From contig CM041465.1 in NCBI GenBank assembly GCA_023213395.1, positions 249,557,741 through 249,621,740 of the forward strand: a stretch of 64,000 nt of DNA. The letters are read 5' to 3'. A program made the translations under genes and the position numbers. Positions 40,894 to 53,305 of the stretch are shown here, piece by piece. The notes beneath the pieces were generated by a model. The model was not told where the DNA came from. It worked only from the letters and a program-made list of their open reading frames with translations, and searched no databases. The stretch is from Cycas panzhihuaensis (taxonomy: Eukaryota > Plantae > Cycadophyta). Position 1 is the stretch's first letter, and each line of letters opens with the position of its first letter.

Positions 40894-40984
40894 TATTTTG
40901 GTATCAGAGCATCTTATCTTTGTTGTAGGGACTTGAATGGTACAAACAAGGAAATGATACAAAGAGAAAGGTGAAGACTTTCTT

Positions 40985-43900
40985 GTGTTGCTACCAAGAA
41001 GACAAAGAAAGAATCCAAGCATCATGGTTGAAAATGAAGATGGAGAAATTAGATTTGAAAAGCTTGAGAAGAACGTGGAAGCCTTGATGCAAATGATGAC
41101 CCAACTTCTACCTCTAGTCAAGGGAAAAGGCAAAGAGAAGGAAGTTGAAGGAGGATCTATATATGACCACAACCATGAAGAGGAAGAGGAGGAGACCTTA
41201 AAGCACTCTTTTGAAGAAAGCAATGGTACTTCATCTCATCAACCCTTCAAGGTGGAGGCAAAGTTGGATATTCCAACTTATGATGGAGAGGTAAATACTG
41301 AAAAGTTGGACCATTGGTTGGATCAACTTGAAACCTACTTCACAATCTATGCTTATAGTAATGCTCAAAAGCTTTCATTTGCTAGGCTCAAGTTGTGTAA
41401 ACATGCATTGACATGGTAGAATGCATATTTAAAGACTCATGATGCATCTTCTTTTTCATGGAGGTATTTTAAGAAAATAATAAAGAAGCAATTCTACCCC
41501 ATAGGTCATGAGGAAGACCAATGGGTTACTTGGCAATATTTACGCCAAGGGAGAGGTGTAAGTGTCCAAGAGTATACTTCTTTATTTTTTAGGCATGGCA
41601 TGCTACTTGGTATTAATATAGATGAACATGTCACTCTTATGAAATTCATTGGAGGATTACATGAATACATAAGGAAGGAACTAAGGCTTTTTAAGGTTCA
41701 ATCCATTGGAGAAGCAAGTAGGATGGCTATGGCAATAGAAAGTAAAAGTAAGAAATCTACATTCATGTCTAAAGATTCTACTTTTACTTCTAATAAGTAT
41801 GAAAAGAATCATAAATTACACTCATCAAAAAGGCAAGAAGGAAAGAAGAAAAGAACTAATTTTGTTAAAAGTTATAACTATTGTGAGCATTGTGATATTA
41901 GTGGTCATATTACAGCAAAGTGTTGGAAGTTGCAACCGGAACTAGAGCCGAAGCATAGCAAGGATATGGAATTAAGAAAGAAGGAAAAAGGGAAAGCACT
42001 ACTTTCTGAGGTGGAGATTCAAAGTGAAGCAGAAGAAGAGAAGGTCACTCTACTTACAAATTATGAAGATGATGCTACAAGGGAGGAGCTATTTCACTTA
42101 AAGCTTCAAGTAGGAAATAGTATGATTGGTGCCATTATAGATCCGGGGAGCCAAAAGAATTTGATCTCAGAAAGTTTGGTAAAGAGCATTGGGTTGGTAA
42201 CTACTCCTCACCCTCACCCTCACCCATATCCTCTTGGTTGGATCCATAAAGATGTAGAAATGCAAATATCAAAGCAATGTACACTTAAATTTTCCATCAC
42301 TAATGATTTTGTTGATGAAGTAATATGTGATGTGGTGCCACTGGATGTATGCCATGTTGTGCTTGGAAGCCTCTACTTGTGGGATCGAGATGCACTCTTC
42401 TATCGAAGGGAGAGAAAGTATCGATTGATGAAGGATAACAAGGGCTTCATCATAAAGGCCACAAAGAAGCACTTGGATAAGATAGCATTAATTTCAGCTA
42501 CTCAAGCAAAAAGGATGATCAATGCATGCGGTAAATTCGTCATCTTAATGGTAAGGAGAAAAGAAGAGCCAAGAGATGAAGAAGGTCCTTCTACTCACAC
42601 TCTTCTTATATCACCTAAACAAATGCAACAAATTGAGGAGTTAAAGACAAAGTATGATATTCTATTTCAACATGTTGATGGGCTTCCACCAAAGAGAAAG
42701 ATAGAGCATGAAATCACTCTTGTAGGAGATGCACAATTACCTAATGTTGCTTTGTATAAGCACTCCATTGTAGAGAATAATGAGATAAAGAGGCAAGTTG
42801 GGGAGTTGCTTGATCAAGGGGTCATAAGACCTTCATGTTCACCTTGTGGGTCACCAATTGTCTTGGTGCCTAAGAAGGATGGAGGATGGAGAATGTGTAT
42901 AGATTTTTGTGCTTTGAATAAAATTACAATTAAAAATCGGTACCCTTTGCCTCATATAGATGATTTGCTTGATCAAATTCAAAGATGCTTGTTATTTCAC
43001 TAAATTGGATTTAAAAAGTGGTTATCACCAAGTTAGGGTCAAGGAGGAGGACACATAGAAGACGGCATTCAAAACAAAGCAAGGACTCTTTGAATGGATG
43101 GTTATGCCTTTCAGATTGTGTAATGCTCCTGCAACATTCATGAGGCTAATGAATGAAATGTTAAGGCCTTACTTGGATAATTTTGTTGTTGTCTATCTTG
43201 ATGACATTTTGATTTTCAAGACAACATGGGAGGAACATTTGCGGACATAGAAGAAGTTTTAAAGACTATGGCTAAGCATCATTTGAAGCTTAATGTGAAG
43301 AAGTGTGAATTTGGCAAGGAGAACTTGATCTTCTTAGGCTTTGTGGTTGGAGGAGGAAAGTTGAGCATTGATCCACTCAAGACTCAAGCCATCATCAAAT
43401 GGCCTAGGCCAACAAACATCATAGAGGTGAGAAGTTTTTTAGGAACTTGTTAATACTTGAGAAAGTTTATTCTTCATTTCTCACAGGTTGCAGCACCTCT
43501 ACATGGATTGACAAAATCTAGTAGAAAGTTTACTTAGGGTTCCAAGGAGGAAGAAGCCGTTTTGGCAATGTCAAATTTGCAAAGGCCTTTTGAAGTAGAA
43601 GCTGATGCAAGTGGAAATGCGATGGGAGCTATACTTATTCAAGATGGGAAGCCTATTATGTACCATTCGGAAGTCTTCACCCCTCAAGTGAAGAACTAGC
43701 CAACATATGATCGAGAAATGTTCGCACTTCATCAAGCATGCAAGCATTGGAGGTCATACTTGCTCAGAAAAGAGGTTGTAGTTCATACCGATCATAAGCC
43801 TCTTCAATTTTTACAAACTCAAAGTAAATTACAACAAGCAAGACACATGAAGTGGATGAGTTATTTACAACAATTCAATATTGTAATTAAGTACAAAAAG

Positions 43901-45449
43901 GGATCTAATAACAAAATTGTTGATATGTTATCTAGACCACCTTGTTCCACTTCTTCTTCTACTTTTGTTTGTAGTTCTCTTGTGAGTTTGCGGTGGAACC
44001 AATGCATCATGAAGAGTACAAAGACTTGTACCATGAAGATGAAGCTTTGAAGGAAGAATTAGAGAACCTAGCGAAAGGAAGACCTTCCCAGCTTGCTTGG
44101 AAGGATGGTCTACTTTTCAAAGGGGAGCAACTCTATGTCCCATCAAAGGAGACAAGATCAAGTGGCTTAGAGAAGCCCATACTTCTAAAGTAGCTGGTCA
44201 CTTTGGTATAGAAGACTTTAGCAAACTTGAGAAGATATGTTGTATGGCCAAAAATGCAAAATGATGTAGAAAAATATGTAAAAGGATGTATAATGTAATA
44301 CTTCTAAGCCTTCTTCTAAAAAATTATGATTGTATACACCACTTCCTATTCCCACTAGACCTTGGGAAAGTATCTCCATTGATTTTTTAGGAGGACTTCC
44401 CATGACTAGGAAGGGACATGATTATCTTTTCGTTGTTGTAGATAGGTTTAGTAAAATGATATGTCTAATACCTTGTAAGAAGACAATCATAGGTACAGGA
44501 GCAGCTGAGTTATTCTTCGAGCATGTATGGAAGAATTTTGGCTTGCCTTCTTCCATCATTTTAGATCGGGACACTCGATTCCTTTCATCATTTTGGAAGT
44601 CACTATGGGAGATGATGGATACCAAATTGAAGAGGAGTACAAGTTTCCATCCTCAAACAGATGGACAAACCAAAGTAGTGAGCATGAACTTTGGTACATC
44701 TATTGAGGGGATACAATTCCAAGCATCCAAAGACTTGGGATGAATCATTGGCTTTTCTACAATTTGCTTTTAATAGAGCAGTGCATGCATCACACTCTAA
44801 AGAACCTTTTGAAGTTTGTTTGGGATACTTACCTCAAAGTCCATTTGACTTAGAGTTTTCCATGCAAGCTAAGGAAGGATCCGTTAAAGAGAAGGAGGAG
44901 CATGACAAGGCTTTAAGATACTTGGAAAAGATCCAGAGAGTCCACAAAGAAGTACATGATCAACTTCTAAGGACTCAACAAAAGTACAAAGAAAGACATG
45001 ACAAGCATAGGCAAGAGTGTACTTTCCAAGAAGGAGATTTAGTATGGTTATACTTGAGCAAGGAGAGGTTAAAAGGAGAAGGTAAGAAACTCAAACCTAT
45101 AAGGTATGGACCATTCAAGATTTTGAGAAAAGTAGGTAGCAATACTTTCCAACTTGATCTTCCACCTTATATGCAAATATATTCAGTAAATGCTGAATAC
45201 TTAAAACTCTTTGAGCCCTCCATGCTAGATGAGGAACATGACTAGTTCACTTTACCTTCAGTTGATGATTTGTATTTGGAAAGTGAGGAGCCTCTCAAGG
45301 AAGATTGTATCTTGGAGAGAAAATCTACCAAAACAAGACATAAGACACATGAATCTTTCAGGATTGGAGTAGCAGGGCAATTGCCTAGTAAGGCCAAGTG
45401 GTTTAGTAGGCAACAAGGAGAACAACACTTCCCCCATCTCCAATTCTAA
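40985..45449 (+). pseudogene. CRM-type gag-pol (gag, CCHC, PR, RT, RNaseH, INT, chromodomain-like tail) with stops and frameshifts
   Basis: KLDIPTYDGEVNTEKLDHW; CEHCDISGHITAKC; IIDPGSQKNLI; HPYPLGWI; VPKKDGGWRMCID; VYLDDILIF; PWESISIDF; HPQTDGQT; YGPFKIL. Confidence 0.95.
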
Positions 45450-45490
45450 GCCAAACAGGAGTTGGCTATTTTCCAAGGAAGGGGGAACCA

Positions 45491-46544
45491 TGATCCAAGA
45501 GGATCTACCATATGTTTAGAGGATGCGAAAAATGCTAGGCATTGGCATAACTAAAAGAGATATGGCCAAATGGTATCAAAATTTTATGAAATTTTGTATA
45601 AAGGGAGAAGACACATCCCACTAGATGTGTACAAAAGGTGGGGTTCAGAAAATATCATTTGATTAGAGTTCAAGCCTTGTTTTTGCATAAAATTAATCCC
45701 ACAGCTAGCAGAAAAAACAGAAAATATATATCATCATTATATGAATAGAAATATGGCCAAATGACATCCAAATGAGCTAAAATTTTGAGGAAGTATAGGA
45801 GACATGCGTTCCTATATGTGTACCAAATTTGAGCTGAATTGGAGTCCGTTAAGGTCAGTTACAAGCCGCAACGTTTAAGAATTACATGAAGGCCACTTGG
45901 ACAACAGAAAAATAGCAAATACATATTATTATTAAATGAATAAAAATGCAGTCAAATGACATCCAAATGAGCTGAAAATTTGAGGAAGCTGAGGGGACAT
46001 GCGTTCCTATACGTGTACCAAATTTGAGCCAAATTGGAGTACGTTAAGATCTGTTACAAGCTGCAACTTTTTAAGAATTGCATGAAGGCCATTTGGACAA
46101 CATGCATTCTGGTGGTTAGTGGTTATACTTGCATGATTGCCACTTGTTAAACATGTAATTCTGGTTTCTTTCTATAAATTGAGCCCTACTACAGGTTGGA
46201 GAGGGGGGTTCTTGGAGACTTGACTTCGGAAGCATCTTTGGAGAAGCATTTGGAGGGTTGGAGTCCCCCTTATGGTATAATTGTAACATTTATTCCTTGT
46301 AATTTTACCATTCTTTTGCTAGTTGATTTCTCCACCATTAAATGGAGATTTTCATGGTTCAATAAAAGTATTACTCCTCATACTTTTTGGATCAATGTCA
46401 AGAATAAATAATTTGGTGTAGAATTTTCCTTTCATGGGCTCATTGTTGTTTTGATGTTATTGAGCTTTCTACACTAACTCCCAGGATCTTAAGGAGGAAA
46501 GGTTGATAATTGATTTCTTCACCAACTAAGCTCTTTTGGGATCA
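45491..46544 (+). repeat. Element E 3' LTR
   Basis: tgatccaagaggatctacc...tttgggatca. Confidence 0.96.
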
Positions 46545-46549
46545 GATGA

Positions 46550-46881
46550 GATCTACTTTATTTATCAAAATGACACATGGGACTTGGTCAAATTACCAAT
46601 AGGCAAATAGGTCATCGGTTATAAGTGGATCTATAAGACTAAGTATAAATATGACGACACTATTGAGTGACATAAGGCTCATCTAGTTGCAAAAGGTTTT
46701 AAACAACAGGAAGGCATCAACTACAACAAGATATTTGCACCTATCGTAAATATAGATACCATTAGAATTGTTATGGCCTTAACTATTCAATGCAAATGAC
46801 CATTATATTAAATAGATATCAAAAGTACTTTTCTTAATAACGATTTGACTAACGAAGTATATCTAGAACAACCTCCTAGGT
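46550..46881 (+). pseudogene. Copia C RT N-terminal segment
   Basis: NDTWDLVKLP...KWIYKTKY...HKAHLVAKGFKQQEGI...YLEQPP. Confidence 0.85.
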
Positions 46882-49733
46882 TGTAGCAATCTTACAGAAA
46901 TGTTTTAAGAAATTTTATAAAAATAGACAAAATGGCCACTATATACACTTGCCAAATATTCAATCAAGAGAGTAATGATATAAAATTACTTAAATACTTA
47001 TAGAATACAAATGTAAAATGGTATGAAATAAACATAAACTAAATAGATACAAGGTTATCAAAAGATCCCATAAATTATTGATGATAACGATTCTTCTTTG
47101 AGGTGAGGTTCCCTCCATAAAGATTCTCAAAAGGGCTGAAAATATTGCAGTCTAAGACTTCTTTGAAGATCTTAAAATGAGGCTATAAATCCTCCTTAAA
47201 TAGGCATCCAAATGATAGTAAGAGAAGTCAGGCAGAAAATAGGGATAAATCTACCAAAAACTAATACTAGAAGTCAGCCAGAACTCCTCCAAAAACTAGT
47301 AGGCTGAAAACTTTAAATGGTCATAACTTTTGATATAGATGTCGAAATTAACTTTTGTCTAGACCATTGAAATCGTCATTTAGAGACCTTTGATTTGAAT
47401 GGTCACACGATATACTTTTGACCCTATTTTAGAATGTTACAATTCCCCTCCCCTTAAAATAATAATTCACCATCAAAATATTAAGAAATGCTTGTAGCTT
47501 AGTCTAATATTCTAACCACCTCCTGCTAGATTTTGTAGGTAATTAAGATTTGGTTCGATCTTGCATCTTCTATGGAGCTTTGCTAGAAGGCATCTTGAAT
47601 TTGCTGATGTTTGTTCTTAGGGCCAAGTACATGTTGTATCTTGTTCTTCATCGAGAGTATCCTGGGACTTGTGAGGTGTCTCAACTATCTTGTACTAGTC
47701 TTGCCTTGTGTTTGCACACTTTGTTTTCAAATGAAATGGTTTATGGAAGGAGAAATAGGGATTTTATAAAAAAAATTTATCATAAGGGTCATGGATTGAT
47801 GACTGCTTATTATGAAAAGGAAAAGAAAAGGTGGAATTATGAACTGAGATCAAGCATAACTTTAAAGGTGTAGGAAGAGGATAAATTTTAGAATATGTCT
47901 TGGATGGAGATGAAAATTTGTGCAAGTTTTGTTGGATCATAACACATTTTGGGGGAGAGAGAGAGATAAGGAATCAATGATAGATATTCTTTATGAAAGA
48001 AATATTTTAACAGATTTTTAGGAATGGTATTTAGACAAAAGAAAATATTTAATGGAAGAAAAATAATATTGATGATATGAAATTGAAAGAGTTTGGGAAA
48101 AGTTGAACGAGGTTTTGTAAGGGGTAATACTAAGAGATGAAACATAATAAACAAATTAAAGTTATAGAGTATCCTGTTGAGGATGATCTATAGAGGGTGA
48201 AAGAGTATATGAGTAAAGGGATGAGCTAGGGTTACAAAAAAGAATTGGTACTTTACCTACAAAAAAACTAGAGTTAAGGAAATTATGATTATGGCTAACT
48301 ATGAGATTTGAAATAGAAAATTTTATTATAGCTACTGAGCGAGGAAAAGAGAGAGGATAAATAATGCTACCAAAAGTAATGTGCATGTGTAACATAGGAC
48401 TACTGAGTACCTTACATGTAGCTTGTTAAGATTCTTTTTCGAAGTCTACTTATTCTTCGATGTCTTCATGTTGCCCCTGAGAAACTTCACTTTGTATTTC
48501 TTCTTTGATATTGTTAGGAGATTGTTCTATTACCTGTGCCTGCTTCAAGTCTATTATGTAGTTATATTGTTCCTTCTTTAGAATCTCCTCATTAATAATT
48601 TCTTCTTCATGTCCTTCTTCTTTAACTCGAGTCATATCTTGCTTATGCCTCTTAAAAGCTATGATTGCTGCCTCTAAAAACTGGTACTATAAAAAAGGTT
48701 CTTTAGCCTAATTAATGAATCACTCATAAGCTTGTGTATTCAATATCATTTCTAATATTGGTCCATACTCTTCAAATTTCGTATTGAACGTGAACTTGAA
48801 ATCTTTTATCTATTTTTTCATGCCCTCATAATCCTCCAAATTAAAAAAATCTGTTTCAATTTTTTTTCCTTATGTTATACTTCGATGATTAAAATCTATA
48901 TTATCTACTAGTCAAAATTATTACAAATGACCATTCATTACAAATGTATCCTTTGCGAAAGAACACTTTCTTATTTGTGAACAATTGCGCTTTCTCAAGA
49001 ATGAGCATAACTGCCTTTATAGGTTCCAAGTGTTCTTCCAATGTTTTGCTATAGATTAGGATATCGCTAAAGAAAACTAGCACAAATTTCCTCAGAACGT
49101 GTTTTAATATTGAATCAACCTTTTTGAGATTTAACCTCTGCCATTTCCCTTCAAAATGAAGCTTTGATACCACTTGTAGCAATCTTATAGAAATCTTCTA
49201 AGAAATTTTATAAAAATAGATAAAATGGCCACCAAATGCACTTGCCAAATATTCAATCAAGAGAGTAATGATGAAAAATTACTTAAATACTTATAGTATA
49301 CAAATATAAAATGGTATGAAATAAACATAAACTGAATAAATACAAGGTTACCAAAAGATCCCAAAATTACTGATGATAAAGAATCCCTCTTTGAGGCGAG
49401 GTTCCCTCCACAAAGCACCTCAAAAGGGTAAAAAACACTGTAGTCTAAGACTTCTCTAATAATCTAAAAATGAGGCTACCAATCCTCATTAAATAGGTGG
49501 CCAAAAGATAGCAATAGAAGTCAGCTAGAAAAGAGGGATAAACTTGCCTAAAACTAATACTGAAGTTAGTTAGAACTATTCAAAAAACTAGCAGGCTGAA
49601 AAATTTAAACGGTTACAACTTTTGATGTAGATATTAAAATTAACTTTTGTTTGGACCATTAGAATCATTATTTAGAGACCTTTGATTTGAATGGTCACAT
49701 GGTATACTTTTGACCATATTTTAGATTGCTACA
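46882..49733 (-). mobile_element. Non-autonomous gypsy-type LTR element F (2.85 kb)
   Basis: LTRs at 46882-47441 and 49175-49733; perfect TSD TAGGT (46877-81 / 49734-38). PBS (rc gctttgatacca) 49161-49172; PPT (rc cccctcccctt) after 47441. RT fragment FVLVFFSDILIYSKTLEEHL. Confidence 0.93.
48162..48860 (-). pseudogene. Unassigned decayed ORF in element F
   Basis: One frame joins ORFs 48450-48635 and 48162-48395 and extends upstream, broken only by TAG/TAA/TGA stops of the C-to-T or G-to-A type. No gag/pol motif recognised. Confidence 0.55.
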
Positions 49734-49738
49734 TAGGT

Positions 49739-50860
49739 ACATCTCAGATGATAATGAACATCTTGTTTATCACCTTAAAAGGCCTTGTATGGTCTGAAAC
49801 GTGTGTTGCTTGGTATTCTAAAATCAATTATTACTTCTTGAAACATAGTTTTCATCGATCCACATCTGACTCAAACTTGTACATTAAAGTTCAAAACTAA
49901 CACACCACTGTTATTGTATTATATGTAGATGATTTAATCATTATTGGAAATGGTGTTAATATGATATAAAGTCTTCAAGGGGACTTAAAGAGAAGTTTTA
50001 AGATGACTGATCTCAAGCTTCTTCATTACTTTCTGGGTATGGAATTGTGGCAATAGTTAGGTCATATTTTCATATCCCAAGCCAAATACACTTGGGATAT
50101 TTTACAATGATTCAAAATGGAGGACTACAAATCATCACCAACCTTTATGGAGACAGACATAAAATTGTCATTTAATGAAAAAGTAAAATCTATTGATTTT
50201 ACCATTTTCAGACAACTAGTGGGTAGTCTTATTTATTTGACTAATATTAGGCTTGATATATGACATGTTGTTGGAATCTGTTTTAGATTTATGACACTAC
50301 CCAATTAACGACATTAGAATGCTATAAAGAGGATTCTTAGATACCTCAAATGTATATTATAGTATGGCCTCAAGTATACTCATAACGAGAACTTCACATT
50401 AGAAGGGTTCTTAGATTCTAATTGGGTAAGATGGTAAGATAGGCATAAATCTATTTCAAGTTATTGTTTTAACCTTGGGTCTGCAATTGTTTCATGGAGT
50501 TACAAAATGTAACCAAATGTCATACTTTCCTCCACTAAAGAAGAATCTAAAGTTATTGTCACTACAGCATGAAGGCTATTTAGCTCAAATAGATTCTTGG
50601 TGATCTTGGCCTTGAGCAATCACTACCAACTCCACTATATTGTGACAATCAGAGTGTACTCAAAATAGTAAAAGATCTTGTATTTCATGCACAGACCAAA
50701 TATGCTAAGGTCCATCACCATTTTATTAGAAAACATGTATAATAAGGTGAAAATAACCTCGTCTATATGTTGACCAATTAATAACTTGCCAACATATTAA
50801 CCAAACCACTTGGCATAGAGAAGTTTGAGCACTTTAGAGACATCTTCAACATTTGACTTA
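49739..50860 (+). pseudogene. Copia C RT-RNaseH segment
   Basis: AWYSKINYYF; VLYVDDLII; FRQLVGSLIYLT; YCDNQSVLKIVKDLVFHAQTKY. Confidence 0.88.
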
Positions 50861-50883
50861 ATGTTGTACATATTCAAGGGGGG

Positions 50884-51398
50884 TGTTAAAACCTTTATGT
50901 CTTAAGTATTAAATATTGACCATGTAAATTTGTATTTTGACATTTTATGCTTTATGCTAGAGTGTTCATTTGTTTTATTTTTAAATTATCATATTATCCT
51001 TTTTGTCTTTTATCCCTTTTCTATGTGCTAAGTGGAAAAGTCAACTTTGGATGCCCAATACTTGTCACCATCATCACACACCTTAGAAAGTAGAGTTTTA
51101 ATCAACTTTGTCTTCTTCTTTTGATTTGTGACATATGTCACAATCATTTTTATTCAAACTTCTTTATAAGGAGTGATATTTTCCTTATAAGGTATGTAGT
51201 TTTCCAAGCTAAAGTTATGTTGCTAAAGTTACTTTGATAGATTGAGTGGCAGATTAATTCTCCTTCCTATTCTTTGTTATGTTATGTAGCTTATGCTTGC
51301 ATTGTCAAGTTGTTAATCAAATTATCATCTTTGTATGATTCATGATATATCCTCTCTAACTTTTGAAATAGATCCAATTATGTATTTTCTTTCTTCTA
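50884..51398 (+). repeat. Copia C 3' LTR
   Basis: Follows the PPT and ends ...ttcttcta (CA decayed to TA) before the TSD. Confidence 0.85.
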
Positions 51399-51800
51399 GG
51401 TCACAAGTATTCAATGGGAATGAAGGTTGTTTAAATCATTCCTATGAATATGTATAAACTCACCACCAATCCATGGGTAGCAGTCATGTAACCATAATAG
51501 GTAAATAGAGCTAGTTCCTCACTCACCACGTAGAATGAGTAAGAGTCTTCTATAAAATAGGATAATGTAGATTTTAATGGCACCAACGAGCACATATGAT
51601 AGAATTAATGTCATGACCACCACCTCTCAATGGGCAAATAAATGGATAGCTTCCAAAGTCTAACTAGAACACTAATAGTCTTCAAACTATCACTGGCTAA
51701 CAAGCTTAATAGGATCACCTGCAAATGGACTTACTTCAATTGGTAAACCATTTCTTTCATCTTAACTCTGTTAGACTTGTAAACTATAGCTCTAATACCA

Positions 51801-52161
51801 TGTTAGAATTGTAAGTTCACTTTGATACCATGATTGAATTGTAAGTTCACTCTGATACCATGATAGAAATGTAACTTACAGAATGTTAAATGACTAAATA
51901 AAATGAATAAATAATAGAATAAAATAAATAGAGTAATACTAGGATCATAAACAACATTGTGAGATACCTTCATTTTTCATTTTTTAGAACATTACATGTT
52001 ATGTAATATGTTATACAATATATGATCTTATATACTATTGATATCCTTATATAGTAGAATTTGTGTTTGGTATGGGGTTTACTACTTTTGAATCTTATAT
52101 AGATAAATGTACATTAGCTAATTATGTCCTTATTTTTTTTGAATATATTAATTTTCTAACA
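51801..52161 (-). repeat. Tandem element LTR2 (shared central LTR)
   Basis: Flanked by PBS (51789-51800) on one side and PPT (ctcctcctt, 52162) on the other; carries an extra 30-bp unit. Confidence 0.92.
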
Positions 52162-52279
52162 CTCCTCCTTAATACATATTTTGGTACATAGATGTTTCTT
52201 TGAATTTCTAATGCTCAATCTTTGAAAATGTCCTGAAAATAATTTGGTACTTGGGTTTTAATTTGATATTGATCTTCAA

Positions 52280-53305
52280 GTTGTCTTTATTATATCAATT
52301 CTTGAATGTAACGATGATGATCGATATCGATATGCTTCATTTTGCTTTGTAAAACTTGGTTCTTTATTAATTGTATAACATTCTGAATATCATACTAAAT
52401 TTATGTAGATGCAATTAGGTAAATTGTTTGATGTAAATCTTGTAGTATCTCTCTTAGGTAAATTGTTTAAGGAATTTCTATTTCAATTTCTTTGTATTCT
52501 ACTTCATCTTAATCATTCTGGATCATAGGAGTATCTCTTGGATTAGACTCAATCACAATCTGTTTGAATTCATCAACTTGCAAATTGTTCTTATCATTTG
52601 AACAATTAAAATCATCAGTGGATTTTTTAGTATTAGCTTCATCACATTCAACATATTCAATAGTAGTAGTCTCATCAATAGTAGATTCAATAGTGCATTT
52701 ATTAGTAGTAAATTCATTAACAATGTTATCAACCATGCTTTTTGACATACCTTTTCATAACATCTCTACCAGACCTTTTTATCATGAACTTTTGTGTTTA
52801 CTCGAGAATCTTGATTACCTATAATATTACCTTGATGTAGAATTTAAGAATTACCTTAAGTATTTGGTTTTCTAAATGTTCTTGTCAAATGAGTAAATGG
52901 GTCAATAGGTTCATCAACTTATTCTAATTTACTTTTGTCTTCAACAATCTTTAGTTTTTATCTAGTGGCTTGACATCTAGAGCATAAATAGATTTCAAAA
53001 TATCTCAAGCTTGCTTTGAAGTAGTAGCATAATATACATGAGAGTAAATTACCATTCAAAGCAGAGAAGATGTTACTGAGTGCTTTAGTATCTTTGTCTT
53101 CAAGTTCTGTCATTTTGTGTTCTTGATCATGTGTTAATTCAACAGTAGGATAAATTAGTTCTAGAACTTTGTATTCTTCAGAAACAATATTCCATAAGTT
53201 TATAGGTTACAAATATGGTTTGATTCTCCTTGACTAGAAAAAGTAATTTCTCTCATTGAATTTGGGAACCATCAAAATCAGAAATGTTGATGGAGAATAT
53301 TCTAT
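52280..53305 (-). pseudogene. Copia gag N-terminus, low-complexity stretch and RNaseH tail (unit 2)
   Basis: MVPKFNERNYFF*SRRIKT...WNIVSEEY...EDKDTKALSNIFSAL; ORF 52509-52748; YDIQNVIQLIKNQVLQSKMKHIDIDHH. Confidence 0.75.

Larger units (their letters stand above)
39842..46544 (+). mobile_element. Full-length Ty3/gypsy E, CRM-clade chromovirus, inactivated
   Basis: TGAT...ATCA LTRs of ~1.05 kb; perfect TSD GATGA (39837-41 / 46545-49); PBS tggtatcagagc at 40899-40910; PPT at 45475-45487. Confidence 0.96.
30355..51398 (+). mobile_element. Ty1/copia C (about 5.3 kb once three nested insertions are removed)
   Basis: LTR starts tgttaaaacc at 30355 and 50884; PPT aagggggg at 50876-50883. TSD GATCA/GGTCA (30350-54 / 51399-403). 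The empty site is visible in the paralogous unit at ~54231-54256. Confidence 0.9.

Noticed and set aside
42203-42226. PHPHPHP repeat in the element E protease region
   Set aside because: A simple 6-bp in-frame slippage of the conserved HPxPY motif.
51769-51875. CRISPR-like or tRNA-gene reading of the 30-bp repeats
   Set aside because: There are no unique spacers, no cas genes and no cloverleaf. The matches are only the ~12-nt PBS complement of tRNA-Met in a eukaryotic LTR context.
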